Counted from the first letter of the stretch, positions 18,299-28,889 are shown. The stretch: DNA of 54,850 nt from Candidatus Komeilibacteria bacterium CG11_big_fil_rev_8_21_14_0_20_36_20 (GCA_002787405.1 PCWQ01000014.1:1-54850), one strand, 5' to 3'. The notes: a model not told the origin generated them from the letters alone. Program-made: numbers and translations.

Positions 18299-18689
18299 AC
18301 TTTTTACAGATGGGGGAGCCAGAGGTAATCCCGGGCCATCAGCCATTGGTGGAGTTTTATATTCTGAAGATAAATTAATAGACAGTTTTTCTGAATATTT
18401 AGATCATGGCACTAATAATCAAGCCGAGTATCAAGCGTTGATTTTTGGTTTAAATATAGCTTTAAAAAATAAAATTACAGAGTTAGAATGTTTTTTAGAC
18501 AGTGAATTAATCGTTAATCAGCTTAATCAAGAATATAAAGTTAAAGATAAAATTTTGGCTAAATTATTTGTCAAAGTTTGGAATTTAAGTCAATTATTTA
18601 AAAAAATATCTTTTACGCATATTGAACGCTCTAAAAATAAAGAAGCTGATGCTTTGGTCAATAAAGCTTTGGATGAGTATTTAAAATAA
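18285..18689 (+). CDS. rnhA: Ribonuclease HI
   Basis: TDGGARGNPG, TNNQAEY, DSEL and N.EADAL motifs. Confidence 0.93.
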   Translation: MIKGKLFTDGGARGNPGPSAIGGVLYSEDKLIDSFSEYLDHGTNNQAEYQALIFGLNIALKNKITELECFLDSELIVNQLNQEYKVKDKILAKLFVKVWNLSQLFKKISFTHIERSKNKEADALVNKALDEYLK

Positions 18690-18765
18690 TACCCCCTCTA
18701 AATCCGCCTAACAGCGAATTTTTTCTCCCCCTTGATAAGGGGGAGATATAGTGGGGGTATTATTT
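18684..18765. repeat. Palindromic element, same family as 15880-15976
   Basis: AAATAATACCCCC...GGGGGTATTATTT arms with internal CTCCCCCTT/AAGGGGGAG hairpin. Confidence 0.75.
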
Positions 18766-18776
18766 GATTAATCTTA

Positions 18777-18804
18777 AAAGCCTTTGGTGTTCACCAAAGG
18801 CTTT
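18777..18804. terminator. Bidirectional terminator
   Basis: AAAGCCTTTGGTG/CACCAAAGGCTTT inverted repeat. Confidence 0.7.
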
Positions 18805-18833
18805 GTTGATGTAGCTATTTATTTTATGACATT

Positions 18834-19049
18834 TTAAGCCCATTTGTTTTTGTAAAATTTGTCAACCGCTGCGTTAGCAGCTAAAACAGCTTTATTGTAA
18901 GAATCAAATTTTTCAAGTGGCACTTTTGGTAATATTTGTTTGCTCGTACTTATAGCTGGTTTAAATTGCACGGAAAAACTACCTGAATTATTTTTGATAA
19001 TAATTTTAACAAAACGATAATTCAATGTTTCAATAACTGGTTGAGTCAT
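18834..19049 (-). CDS. Small hypothetical protein, 71 aa
   Basis: SD AAGGAG 7 nt upstream; fills an intergenic gap; terminator downstream. Confidence 0.7.
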   Translation of the reverse strand: MTQPVIETLNYRFVKIIIKNNSGSFSVQFKPAISTSKQILPKVPLEKFDSYNKAVLAANAAVDKFYKNKWA

Positions 19050-19181
19050 AGTTAATCTCCTTGATTATATATTTTAAAACAACATTTTTTCATTTTTTAT
19101 GAATAAGTTATTTTTATAATATTATTTAAATTATGTCGAGATTAGGTTGTTTTTTTATTGGAAAAATGGTATTTTATTAAC

Positions 19182-20186
19182 ATGGCTTATCAGTTTAATT
19201 GGTCAATTTTTGGCCATAAAAATCAGCTTAAATTTTTACAAAACATAGTCAATTCAGGCAATCTGGCTAATACTTATTTGTTTTATGGCTCTCGCGGTTT
19301 AGGTAAAAAGTATACGGTCAACTATTTTGTCCAATCAATATTTTGCCAGGATGATAAGATACGGCCTTGTCAAAAATGTCATCATTGCCGTTTAGTTAAA
19401 AAAAACACTTTTTTGGATTTATACCGACTTGGTAAGCAAGGGCAGAGTTTAAGTGCGGATGAACTGCGTTATTTTTTGCACAAATTATCTTTGTCTAATG
19501 TCAGTGGCGACCGTAAGATTGCCATTATTTGTGGAGGAGAAAATATTAATTTGTTTGCCGCCAATGCTTTATTAAAAACTCTGGAAGAGCCACCACGCCA
19601 GACAACTATTATTTTAATTAGTGATGATATTAATAGCTTGCCAGCCACGGTTATTTCCCGCTGTCAGTTAATTAAATTCAAATCGCTTAACACTAATGAT
19701 ATGGAAAAATGGCTGAAACATTTTGATTTTAGCGAGCAGGAGAAAGAAACGATTATTAATTTATCTTTTGGTAAGCCGGGTCGGGCTTTAAAACTTATGG
19801 AAGATAAGCTAGAAAAATTTAAGCAAAGTTGTGACTTTATAATTAAATTACTATCCGGTAGTACTTTTTATTATATGCAGACTATTGATAAGTGGTTTGA
19901 TGTTTTAAAGAAAGAATACCCTAATTTTAAAGTTTATGAATTGGGTGATTTAACTAAAGAATATCTTGATCTATTTGAGTTGTTTCTGAGAGATCTATTA
20001 TGGATCAAATTGGACCGTCCAATCACTAATGTTTTATATGTTGATCAGTTAAAAAGAATAGCCCCTCAATTTACTAAAGATGATTTATTGAATAATCTTT
20101 TGTCTTTGAATGAAATGCGACAAAAATTAAAATATAATGTTTCGCCACAGCTATTGTGGGAGAATTTATTTTTAAACGTTAAATAA
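19182..20186 (+). CDS. holB: DNA polymerase III delta' subunit
   Basis: YLFYGSRGLGK, Cys4 zinc module, ANALLKTLEEPP, TVISRC; ATG at 19182 preferred over TTG at 19158. Confidence 0.9.
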   Translation: MAYQFNWSIFGHKNQLKFLQNIVNSGNLANTYLFYGSRGLGKKYTVNYFVQSIFCQDDKIRPCQKCHHCRLVKKNTFLDLYRLGKQGQSLSADELRYFLHKLSLSNVSGDRKIAIICGGENINLFAANALLKTLEEPPRQTTIILISDDINSLPATVISRCQLIKFKSLNTNDMEKWLKHFDFSEQEKETIINLSFGKPGRALKLMEDKLEKFKQSCDFIIKLLSGSTFYYMQTIDKWFDVLKKEYPNFKVYELGDLTKEYLDLFELFLRDLLWIKLDRPITNVLYVDQLKRIAPQFTKDDLLNNLLSLNEMRQKLKYNVSPQLLWENLFLNVK

Positions 20187-20191
20187 AATAT

Positions 20192-21433
20192 ATGGTAAAA
20201 CAAAAAGTAATTTTATTGTTAATTTTGCCGCTAATTTTATCTGGCTGTATTATTAGCAAAAAAAAAGAAAATACGGTTACTGTTAATTCAGGAGGAATTT
20301 ATAGAAGCGCAGATGTCGGTAAGACTTGGCAACACACTACTCAAATTTATACAGTTGGAGCCACTCAAGCGGATTTTAATACGGCCAATATCACAACTTT
20401 GGCTTTAGATAATCGAGACGTCGCTGCTATTTATGTAGGCACTCAAGCTAAAGGCATATTTTATAGTTATGATTACGGCAAGGGCTGGTTTAATACTTTA
20501 ACTGGTCAGGGCGTAGTTAATGATATAGCGGTTGATTCTAAATACAATTGTACAATTTTCGCTGCCGTCCATAATACTATTTATAAAAGCATTGATTGTT
20601 CACGCACTTGGGAACCCACTTATTTTGAAACCCGCTCAGGACAGTTTATTACGGCTTTAGCCATAGACAAAAACGATAGTCGTTTTGTTTTTGCCGGCAC
20701 CGTAGAAGGTTCTTTTCTGATTAGTGAAGACTATGGATATTCTTGGGATGTCATTAAACGTTTTGATAAACGGATAAATGATATAATTATTCAGGATCAT
20801 ACTAATAGTAACATTTTGTATGTAGCTACTGAAGATACCGGTGTTTTTAAAACAAGCGATCGCGGCAAGAATTGGGAGGATTTGATGTTAATAGATGTTG
20901 ATGAAGCGGAAGTTGATGAAGAGGCATTATACCAGGAAGCAGTAGTTGAGTTGAGGCAAAAAAATAAAATTGATGAAATGTCAGAAGAAGAATACAATGA
21001 ATTTATAAATTCAAGTAAATTTAAAAAATACGAGGACGGTATGATATATTTAGAAGAAAATAAATATAAACCATTTAAAAAAATAAGCGGTTCCGGCACA
21101 TCATTTGCCCTAAGCCAAGATCAGAGCAAACCTGATGCCATAATTTATGCCAATAAAGTTGGAATTTTTAGATTAACAGTAGGACAGGATGAAATGTGGC
21201 AGCAAATAAAATTATTAACTCCGGAGAAAAAAGAAAACATCCATTCTCTAATTGTTAATAAACAAGACGGTAATGAAATTTTTTATGGCACAGCTAAAGC
21301 CATTTATCATTCTGTTGATAATGGTGAGAATTGGTCCATTAGTGAATTACCGACTGCTTATACCGCTAAAGTTCTACAATTTTCTTTAGATAATAAATTT
21401 TTATATTTAGGAGCTTATAATATTGCGAAATAA
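20192..21433 (+). CDS. Lipoprotein with BNR/Asp-box (YCF48-like) beta-propeller
   Basis: Lipobox LSGC; repeated S.D.G.(T/N)W motifs. Confidence 0.85.
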   Translation: MVKQKVILLLILPLILSGCIISKKKENTVTVNSGGIYRSADVGKTWQHTTQIYTVGATQADFNTANITTLALDNRDVAAIYVGTQAKGIFYSYDYGKGWFNTLTGQGVVNDIAVDSKYNCTIFAAVHNTIYKSIDCSRTWEPTYFETRSGQFITALAIDKNDSRFVFAGTVEGSFLISEDYGYSWDVIKRFDKRINDIIIQDHTNSNILYVATEDTGVFKTSDRGKNWEDLMLIDVDEAEVDEEALYQEAVVELRQKNKIDEMSEEEYNEFINSSKFKKYEDGMIYLEENKYKPFKKISGSGTSFALSQDQSKPDAIIYANKVGIFRLTVGQDEMWQQIKLLTPEKKENIHSLIVNKQDGNEIFYGTAKAIYHSVDNGENWSISELPTAYTAKVLQFSLDNKFLYLGAYNIAK

Positions 21434-21446
21434 TTAAAATAATTTT

Positions 21447-22001
21447 ATGAATAGTATTATAGAAAAAGATAAACCACAATTTGAGAAGGTTTTAGAGTTT
21501 TTTAAAAAGGATATTACTTCTTTGCGAACTGGTCGGGCCGCTCCCAGTTTGGTAGAAGCGGTTAAGGTGGAATGTTACGGCACCAAATCTGATTTGATGC
21601 AACTGGCTTCCATTACCGCTCCAGAGCCACAAACGATTACCATTAAGCCATGGGATAAAAATATACTCAAAGACATTGAAAGAGCTTTGCAGAGTTCTGA
21701 TTTAAATATCAATCCGGTGGTTGACAGTGATTTAATTAGAATTAATTTTCCTTCTTTAACTGAAGAAAGCCGCAAAGAATTAGTTAAAATTTTACATAAA
21801 AAACTGGAAGAAGCTCGTGTTTCTCTTCGTTCCCAGCGGGAAAAGACAAGAGAAGAGGTTATCACTCTGGAAAAAGAAAAAAATATCTCTGAAGATGAAA
21901 AATTTCAAGCTCTGAAGGATTTAGAGATTATTACCAAAGAGTATAATGATAAACTTAAGGAAGTAAGCGATGCTAAAGAAAAAGAAATTATAACAATTTA
22001 A
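21447..22001 (+). CDS. frr: Ribosome recycling factor
   Basis: LRTGRA, IKPWDK and PSLTEESRKELVK motifs. Confidence 0.97.
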   Translation: MNSIIEKDKPQFEKVLEFFKKDITSLRTGRAAPSLVEAVKVECYGTKSDLMQLASITAPEPQTITIKPWDKNILKDIERALQSSDLNINPVVDSDLIRINFPSLTEESRKELVKILHKKLEEARVSLRSQREKTREEVITLEKEKNISEDEKFQALKDLEIITKEYNDKLKEVSDAKEKEIITI

Positions 22002-22004
22002 ATT

Positions 22005-23108
22005 ATGGCCACAATTATTTCATTTATATTAATTTTAGCTTTATTAATCTTAGTTCATGAACTAGGTCATTTTGTCACGGCCATTAAGCTTGGTGTTGAT
22101 GTAGAGGAATTTGGTATTGGTTTTCCACCTCGTCTTTTTTCTTTTAAGAAAGGCAAGGTGATTTATTCGGTGAATTTGATACCCTTAGGCGGTTTTGTTA
22201 AAATTAAGGGTGAAGCAGGAGATCACGGCGATGATCCACACAGCTTTGTTAATCAAAAATTTTGGAAAAGAGCTTCAATCATCTCAGCCGGAGTTTTAAT
22301 GAATTTTGTGGTGGCTTTTGTGCTGTTGGCGGTTAGTTTTTATTTTGGTTTACCTCAAGCTTTAGATGGCACCGAAGATGTTAGTCAAGTCAGAGATCGG
22401 CACACTGTTATTGCCGAAATTCTAGAGGACAGTCCAGCTCAAGGAGTCGGATTGGAAGTGGGTGATATTATTGTGTTGATTAATAATCAACTAGTGATAG
22501 ATGCCGAAATGGTTTCAAATCAAATCACAGAAAGTCAAGGACAGGAGATTAATTTAGTAGTTGATCGACAAGGACAAGAATATCAGTTTGAAATTCAACC
22601 TCAATCAATAACAGATAGCCAAGGACCCATTATTGGAGTTGGCATGGTAGAAACTGGGGTGATTGATTATGGTTTTTTTGCCAGTATTTGGCAGGGCATA
22701 AAAATAGGTTTTCTAATAATGATTATGACTGTCAAAGCTTTTTATAATTTGATTGTTAATTTAATTAGCCACGGCCAATTAGACGCTCGTTTATCCGGTC
22801 CGGTAGGGGTGGCTGTTTTAACTGGAGAGATGGTCAAATTGGGTTGGATTTATGTTTTGCAGTTTATGGCGATTTTATCCATCAATTTAGGAATAATCAA
22901 TTTTTTGCCTTTTCCCGCTTTAGACGGAGGAAGAATTTTATTTTTAATGATTGAAAAAATTCGCGGACGAAGTTTGAATATGAAGTTAGAAAATTGGCTT
23001 CATAACAGCGGCTTTATTATTTTAATAGTCTTGATAATTTTTATAACTTTTCGCGACATTAATCGTTACAGCAATAACATTATGGATTTTTTTAAAAATT
23101 TATTTTAG
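22005..23108 (+). CDS. rseP: RIP metalloprotease RseP (M50, PDZ)
   Basis: HELGH, PLGGFV and NFLPFPALDGG motifs. Confidence 0.95.
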   Translation: MATIISFILILALLILVHELGHFVTAIKLGVDVEEFGIGFPPRLFSFKKGKVIYSVNLIPLGGFVKIKGEAGDHGDDPHSFVNQKFWKRASIISAGVLMNFVVAFVLLAVSFYFGLPQALDGTEDVSQVRDRHTVIAEILEDSPAQGVGLEVGDIIVLINNQLVIDAEMVSNQITESQGQEINLVVDRQGQEYQFEIQPQSITDSQGPIIGVGMVETGVIDYGFFASIWQGIKIGFLIMIMTVKAFYNLIVNLISHGQLDARLSGPVGVAVLTGEMVKLGWIYVLQFMAILSINLGIINFLPFPALDGGRILFLMIEKIRGRSLNMKLENWLHNSGFIILIVLIIFITFRDINRYSNNIMDFFKNLF

Positions 23109-23114
23109 TGGCTT

Positions 23115-23396
23115 ATGAAGTTTTTGGTAAAAGACTCAAAATATAATCCCGTCGCTTTGATGAGATTTTTAGGTTATCATCAAGAAAGAAACGGAAGTTT
23201 TGCCCGTCGCTTGAGCTCAGCACGATTTCCAAGACTACATGTTTATTTAAATGAAAAGAATAAAGTTCTAGAAATATCACTTCATTTAGATCAAAAAGGG
23301 GCTTGCTATGGAGGGCAAACTGCTCATAGTGGAGATTATGAAGGTAACATTTTAGAACAGGAAAAGAAACGAATCAATAAATTATTAGAAAATTAA
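23115..23396 (+). CDS. Hypothetical protein
   Basis: 93 aa, in operon; FPRLH...LHLDQK...HSGDY motif. Confidence 0.75.
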   Translation: MKFLVKDSKYNPVALMRFLGYHQERNGSFARRLSSARFPRLHVYLNEKNKVLEISLHLDQKGACYGGQTAHSGDYEGNILEQEKKRINKLLEN

Positions 23397-23397
23397 T

Positions 23398-24642
23398 ATG
23401 AAACAATCAAAATTATTTGGTAAAACTCGCAAAGATATCAGTCAGGATGAAAAAAGCATTAATGCCGAGCTTTTAACTAAAGCTGGTTTTGTGGAAAAAC
23501 AGATGGCAGGAGTTTATGATTATTTACCTTTAGGTTTGCGGGTTTTGCGCAAAATAGAGAACATTATTCGTGAGGAAATGGAAGCCATTGGCGGTCAGGA
23601 AATACTAATGACTGCTCTGCAAGCTAAAGAATTGTGGCATCAAACCGGACGCTGGCAGGAGCTAGAGCCGATTATGTATCAATTTCAGGATCATCATGGC
23701 AGTCAAATTGGGCTGGCTACAACTCACGAGGAAGTGATTACAGATATTGTGAAAAAGCATCTGAGTTCATATAAGGATTTACCTCTTTATCTTTATCAAA
23801 TTCAAAATAAATTTCGAGATGAAAAAAGGGTTAAATCAGGACTGTTACGCGGTCGTGAATTTTTAATGAAAGATTTGTATAGTTTTCATATTGATCAAAA
23901 GGATTTGGATGAATATTATCAAGTGGTTTATCAGGCCTATTTGAAGATTTTTAAGAGATTAGGGTTGGAAGCTTTTGCTGTAGAAGCTTCGGGTGGAGCA
24001 ATGAGTAAACAGTTTTCTCATGAATTTATGGTTAAAACAGAGGCCGGAGAAGATGAGACTGTTTTATGTGAAAAATGTGGCTGGGCCCAAAACGCTGAAA
24101 TTGCTAAGGTGAAATCAGGTGAACAATGCCCTCAATGCCAAACGATAGTCAAGAAATTTAAAACTGTGGAAGCGGGTAATATATTTCGTTTAGGTGATAA
24201 GTACTCCCGACCTTTAAAATTACAGTTTACCAATCAAAAAGGGAAATTGCAGGAGGTTGTAATGGGTTCTTATGGTATTGGTCTAGGCAGAGTAATGGGG
24301 ACTATTGTTGAAGCCAGCCATGATCAGGATGGAATTATTTGGACAGAAACAACTAGTCCTTATCAAGTACATTTGCTAAATTTGGCAAAAAATGATAAGA
24401 CACAAGGGAAAGCAGAGCAAATTTATAAGGAATTACACCAGCAAGGACTGGAGGTATTATATGATGATCGAGATATCTCTTTTGCCCGAAAATTAAAAGA
24501 CGCCGATTTAATTGGTGTCTATTGGCAGTTAATAGTCAGTGATAAACAGACAGAATTGGAATTAGTTAAACGTAAAGATCATCAAAAAATTTTAGGAGAT
24601 CTGAATAAGGTTTTATCAACTATTAAAAAGAGTGTGAGATAA
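23398..24642 (+). CDS. proS: Prolyl-tRNA synthetase (short form without INS editing domain)
   Basis: THEE, FRDEKR.KSGLLRGREF, MGSYGIG, anticodon-binding domain. Confidence 0.95.
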   Translation: MKQSKLFGKTRKDISQDEKSINAELLTKAGFVEKQMAGVYDYLPLGLRVLRKIENIIREEMEAIGGQEILMTALQAKELWHQTGRWQELEPIMYQFQDHHGSQIGLATTHEEVITDIVKKHLSSYKDLPLYLYQIQNKFRDEKRVKSGLLRGREFLMKDLYSFHIDQKDLDEYYQVVYQAYLKIFKRLGLEAFAVEASGGAMSKQFSHEFMVKTEAGEDETVLCEKCGWAQNAEIAKVKSGEQCPQCQTIVKKFKTVEAGNIFRLGDKYSRPLKLQFTNQKGKLQEVVMGSYGIGLGRVMGTIVEASHDQDGIIWTETTSPYQVHLLNLAKNDKTQGKAEQIYKELHQQGLEVLYDDRDISFARKLKDADLIGVYWQLIVSDKQTELELVKRKDHQKILGDLNKVLSTIKKSVR

Positions 24643-25694
24643 TGTTTAGAAATCTTTTTAAAAATTTTTCCAAGGACCTCGGCATTGACCTAGGCACCGC
24701 TAATACTCTGGTTTATGTAAAAGATCAGGGTATTGTTATCAATGAGCCCTCAGTAGTAGCTATCAACAACAGAAATGAAAAAATTATTGCTATTGGTGAG
24801 GATGCTAAAATCATGTTGGGAAAAACACCAATGCATATTACAGTTATTCGTCCTTTGGTTGATGGAGTGATTTCTGATTTTGAAGTTTCTGAAAAAATGA
24901 TTAAGCATTTTATTGGAAAAATTCACCGTGAATCTTTTACTTTTATGCCTCGACCAAGAGTTTTAATTGCTATTCCTCTAGACGTTACGGAAGTGGAACG
25001 AAAAGCGGTTGAAGATGCAGTTATTGGCGCCGGAGCAGCTGAAGTGCTATTGGTGGAAGAAGCGCTGGCCGGAGCGATTGGCGCCGGTTTGCCGATTCAG
25101 GAAGCTTCTGGCAGCATGATTGTTGACATTGGGGGTGGTACTACAGAGATTGCCGTTATTTCATTAGGAGGAGTAGTTTCCTGGAAATCTTTAAAATTGG
25201 CCGGTGATAAATTAAATGATGCTATTATTCAATATGCTCGCGATAAATTTAATATCATTCTCGGCGAAAGAACAGCTGAAAGAATTAAAGTACAAATAGC
25301 TTCGGTTACACCTTTAGAAGAGAGTTTAGAGGCAACCATGCGTGGTCGTGATTTATTAACTGGTTTACCTAAAGAAATCAAAATCACCGACGCTAATATT
25401 AGGGAGGCAATTATTAAGCCAATTAAATTAATAGTAGATAATATTAAAACAACTATTGAGAATACTCCGCCGGAATTAGTAGCTGATCTCTATGAGCGGG
25501 GAATGGTTTTGTCTGGTGGGGGAGCTTTGTTAAGAGGCTTGGATGATTTGATTACCCAAGAGACAAAAATTCCTGTTTATATTACTGATGATCCATTAAC
25601 AACGGTGGTGCGGGGCACAGGTAAAATATTGGACGACATTGATAATTTAAAAGAAATACTTTTGCCTTCAACTAAAGATATTGGTTTAGGATAA
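24642..25694 (+). CDS. mreB: Rod shape-determining protein MreB (copy 1)
   Basis: GIDLGTANT, DIGGGTTE, LSGGGALL. Confidence 0.96.
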   Translation: MFRNLFKNFSKDLGIDLGTANTLVYVKDQGIVINEPSVVAINNRNEKIIAIGEDAKIMLGKTPMHITVIRPLVDGVISDFEVSEKMIKHFIGKIHRESFTFMPRPRVLIAIPLDVTEVERKAVEDAVIGAGAAEVLLVEEALAGAIGAGLPIQEASGSMIVDIGGGTTEIAVISLGGVVSWKSLKLAGDKLNDAIIQYARDKFNIILGERTAERIKVQIASVTPLEESLEATMRGRDLLTGLPKEIKITDANIREAIIKPIKLIVDNIKTTIENTPPELVADLYERGMVLSGGGALLRGLDDLITQETKIPVYITDDPLTTVVRGTGKILDDIDNLKEILLPSTKDIGLG

Positions 25695-25703
25695 AGATTA
25701 TTT

Positions 25704-26441
25704 ATGTTAAAGTCTAATCTAAAGACTTTCCTACTTTTTTTGATTATTATTATATTTTTTATTTTATTAAAAAATAGTGATCTTTTTGATATAGGGATTA
25801 TTTTCCGCGGTTGGCTAATACCGCAAAAATCAATTAACACTTTATTCAATCCGCCAGATAATTTAACGGAAGAATATCAAAATTTGTTAGCTGAGAACAG
25901 TCGTTTGCAGACTTTGACAGCGGAGAATCAACAACTGAAAGAATTATTGGATTTAAAAAAGGATAAAAATTATACTTTGCAGGTGGCTCATATTTTAAGT
26001 CGAGACTCTATTAATAATAATATTTTGATTATTGATGTTGGTCGTAATCAAAATATTGAAGAAGGGCAAGCCGTGGTTATTAACAACGGGATCATTGTCG
26101 GTAAAATTATCGATGTTAATGTTGATTCAGCTAAAGTTAGACTTTTGACGGATAGATTGACTAAGCTGGCGGTGAGAATTGGCGATGAGCAGAATATTTC
26201 TGGTCTGTTGACTGGGGCTTTGGGTTTGGGTATGGATTTGGATTATGTGCCTCAAAATCAAGATATTAAAGAAAATGATTTAGTCGTTACTGCTGATATT
26301 GATGTAAAAATTCCAGCAGGACTAGTTGTGGGGCAGATAGAAAAGGTTGAATTTTCTGAAGAAGAAGTATTTAAAAAAGCGGTGGTTTCTCCTTTAGTGG
26401 ATTATAGTAGCTTAGTGCTGGTGGCGGTTATTACCTCCTAA
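25704..26441 (+). CDS. mreC: Rod shape-determining protein MreC
   Basis: TM plus coiled coil (ENQQLKELL), IDVG, IPAGLVVG; synteny. Confidence 0.92.
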   Translation: MLKSNLKTFLLFLIIIIFFILLKNSDLFDIGIIFRGWLIPQKSINTLFNPPDNLTEEYQNLLAENSRLQTLTAENQQLKELLDLKKDKNYTLQVAHILSRDSINNNILIIDVGRNQNIEEGQAVVINNGIIVGKIIDVNVDSAKVRLLTDRLTKLAVRIGDEQNISGLLTGALGLGMDLDYVPQNQDIKENDLVVTADIDVKIPAGLVVGQIEKVEFSEEEVFKKAVVSPLVDYSSLVLVAVITS

Positions 26442-26448
26442 ATTTATT

Positions 26449-26943
26449 ATGAAATATTTATTTATTATTTTATTTTTTTTAATAGCAATTTACGCTTTCA
26501 CTCTTTTGAATTTCTACAGCGATCATTGGCTTTATGTGCAGCCAATGTTAATTGCTGTTCTGTTAGTTTATTATAACATCAGCCAAAGTTGGTTATATTA
26601 TTCTTTTGCCTCTTTAGCCGGTTTGTTCGTGGATTCTTTAAATGGTATTTTTGGCCTACAAGCTATTATTTTTGTGATTATTATTTTTATATTAAGGAGT
26701 CTACAGTTGACCCTTTTTACTTCCAAAAATATTCTAACTATTATTTTATTGACCATTTTAGCTTTTATCATCTTTTGGCTTCTATTATGGAGTACTAGTT
26801 TTATTTTTAATTTTCAATTATATTTTTTAACTAAAGAAATATTTATTATGATCTTAAGGGGGCTAGTGGTTAATACTTTTATGACCATTTTTCTGCACAT
26901 TTTATTCTTTAATTTCTGGCTTAAGAAACAAGAGCGGCATTAA
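26449..26943 (+). CDS. mreD: Rod shape-determining protein MreD
   Basis: Highly hydrophobic, GLFVD...FG motif, between mreC and mrdA. Confidence 0.8.
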   Translation: MKYLFIILFFLIAIYAFTLLNFYSDHWLYVQPMLIAVLLVYYNISQSWLYYSFASLAGLFVDSLNGIFGLQAIIFVIIIFILRSLQLTLFTSKNILTIILLTILAFIIFWLLLWSTSFIFNFQLYFLTKEIFIMILRGLVVNTFMTIFLHILFFNFWLKKQERH

Positions 26944-26948
26944 ACACT

Positions 26949-28850
26949 ATGAAAAGTAACCCTTTTAAAATACAGGAAGGTTCAGTCGGTGATGCTAAAG
27001 TGGCTGGTTTTGTTAGTGATCGAGACAGTGGTAATTATTTGGATTTAGAAGCAGCCGGTAAGTCTCAATATTTAGGTAAATTTTTTGACAGTCGCCGAAG
27101 CGTCAATTTAAGTATGGTTTTTTTGTTTCTATTATTGACTTTGTTTATTAGGGCAGTTTATTTGCAAGTAATTAGAGGTGATAATTTTCGCAACATTGCG
27201 GAAGGTAATCGTATTCGTTCGGATATTATTCCCAGTAATCGTGGTTTAATTTACGACCGGTTTGGTAATCTTTTAGTTAAAAATGAGTCTTACTTCTTTC
27301 TTTACCTGACTTCGGATTTATTACCGGAAGATGAATTAACAAAAGAGAAGTTGTTTGACGATTTAGCCAACGTTTTAAAAATTAATAAAGATGAAATTAA
27401 AGAAAGAATTAACACTAACAATGTAAACGGAGAGGTTTTAATTTATGAAAACTTAGAATATGAGCAAGCTATTCAATTGATGATAATGTCAGAAGACAAT
27501 CTGAGTATTAAAGTGACTCATGAACCCCGTCGACAATATTTTGCAGAATTAGGATTATCTCATATTTTAGGTTATCTTGGCGCAGTGACAGAGGATGATT
27601 TAGAGGATGGTAAATATCAGTCGCATGATCGTTTAGGTAAGAGTGGTATAGAATTAATTTACGAAGATGTTTTAAAGGGTCGGGATGGAATCAGGCACGT
27701 AGAAGTGGATGCTTTATATAGAGATAAAAATATTGTTTCAATGACAGAGCCCATAGATGGTAGTGATATAGTTTTAACTATTGATGCCCAAGCGCAAAAA
27801 AAATTGGCTGAAATAATGGATGATAATTCGGTGAGATATAATAAGCCGAAAATGGCGGCAGTAGTTTTAGATGCTAAAGATGGGGGAGTATTAGCCATGA
27901 ATAGTTTGCCTACTTTTGATAATAATATTTTTACGACAGTCTTAAATCAGGATGATTACCAGAAGATTATCAGCGATCCAAATGCTCCTTTATTAAATAG
28001 AGCAATGTCAGGCACTTACCCTCTCGGATCTATTTTTAAAACAGTAGTAGGTAGTGCCGCCTTGGAAGAAGGATTGATTAATGCTAGTTTTACAGTTCGT
28101 AGTACTGGTGGAGTAACTGTTGGCAATAATTTTTTTCCCGACTGGAGACCGGGCGGACACGGTTTAACTAATATTTATTGGGCGATTGCCGATTCTGTTA
28201 ATACTTTTTTCTATTCTATTGGTGGTGGAAATAACCAGTGGTTGAACGTTGGTTTAGGTGTTGATAAGATGATGGACTATGCCAAAAAATTCGGTTTAGG
28301 CAAAGAAACAGGGATCGATTTAAACATGGAATCTGCCGGATTTTTACCAAGTAAAGAATGGAAAGAGAAGACTTATGGGGAAAGATGGTATTTAGGCGAT
28401 ACTTATAATCTATCCATTGGTCAAGGGTATTTATTAGCTACACCTTTGCAAGCGGCCGTCTTAATGTCTTATTTTGCCAACAATGGCCAGGTTTATCAAC
28501 CGCACTTGATTAGACAGACTGAAGAGGATAAAATAATTGAAGATTTTGATCCTCAGCTGGCTTTGACGAATATTATTTCATCTGATAATTTAAATATTAT
28601 TAGGCAGGGCTTAAGGGAGACAGTAGCGCGAGGAACAGCCCAAAGTTTGCAGTCAGTGCCAGTCAAAGTAGCGGCTAAAACCGGCACAGCCCAGTTTAAC
28701 AACAATAAATCACCTCATTCTTGGTTAGCAGCTTTTGCCCCTTATGATGATGCAAAAATTGTCATAACTGTCATGGTAGAGGAAGGCGGAGATATTGGAT
28801 TAGCGGTGACTATAGCCCGGGAATTTATGGAGTGGTATTTTTCCCAATAA
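26949..28850 (+). CDS. mrdA: Penicillin-binding protein 2
   Basis: RGLIYDR, GSIFK (SxxK), SVN (SxN), KTGTAQ. Confidence 0.95.
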   Translation: MKSNPFKIQEGSVGDAKVAGFVSDRDSGNYLDLEAAGKSQYLGKFFDSRRSVNLSMVFLFLLLTLFIRAVYLQVIRGDNFRNIAEGNRIRSDIIPSNRGLIYDRFGNLLVKNESYFFLYLTSDLLPEDELTKEKLFDDLANVLKINKDEIKERINTNNVNGEVLIYENLEYEQAIQLMIMSEDNLSIKVTHEPRRQYFAELGLSHILGYLGAVTEDDLEDGKYQSHDRLGKSGIELIYEDVLKGRDGIRHVEVDALYRDKNIVSMTEPIDGSDIVLTIDAQAQKKLAEIMDDNSVRYNKPKMAAVVLDAKDGGVLAMNSLPTFDNNIFTTVLNQDDYQKIISDPNAPLLNRAMSGTYPLGSIFKTVVGSAALEEGLINASFTVRSTGGVTVGNNFFPDWRPGGHGLTNIYWAIADSVNTFFYSIGGGNNQWLNVGLGVDKMMDYAKKFGLGKETGIDLNMESAGFLPSKEWKEKTYGERWYLGDTYNLSIGQGYLLATPLQAAVLMSYFANNGQVYQPHLIRQTEEDKIIEDFDPQLALTNIISSDNLNIIRQGLRETVARGTAQSLQSVPVKVAAKTGTAQFNNNKSPHSWLAAFAPYDDAKIVITVMVEEGGDIGLAVTIAREFMEWYFSQ

Positions 28851-28889
28851 TTTGCTAATATTTAACTGACAAACAATATAAAAAATTTT

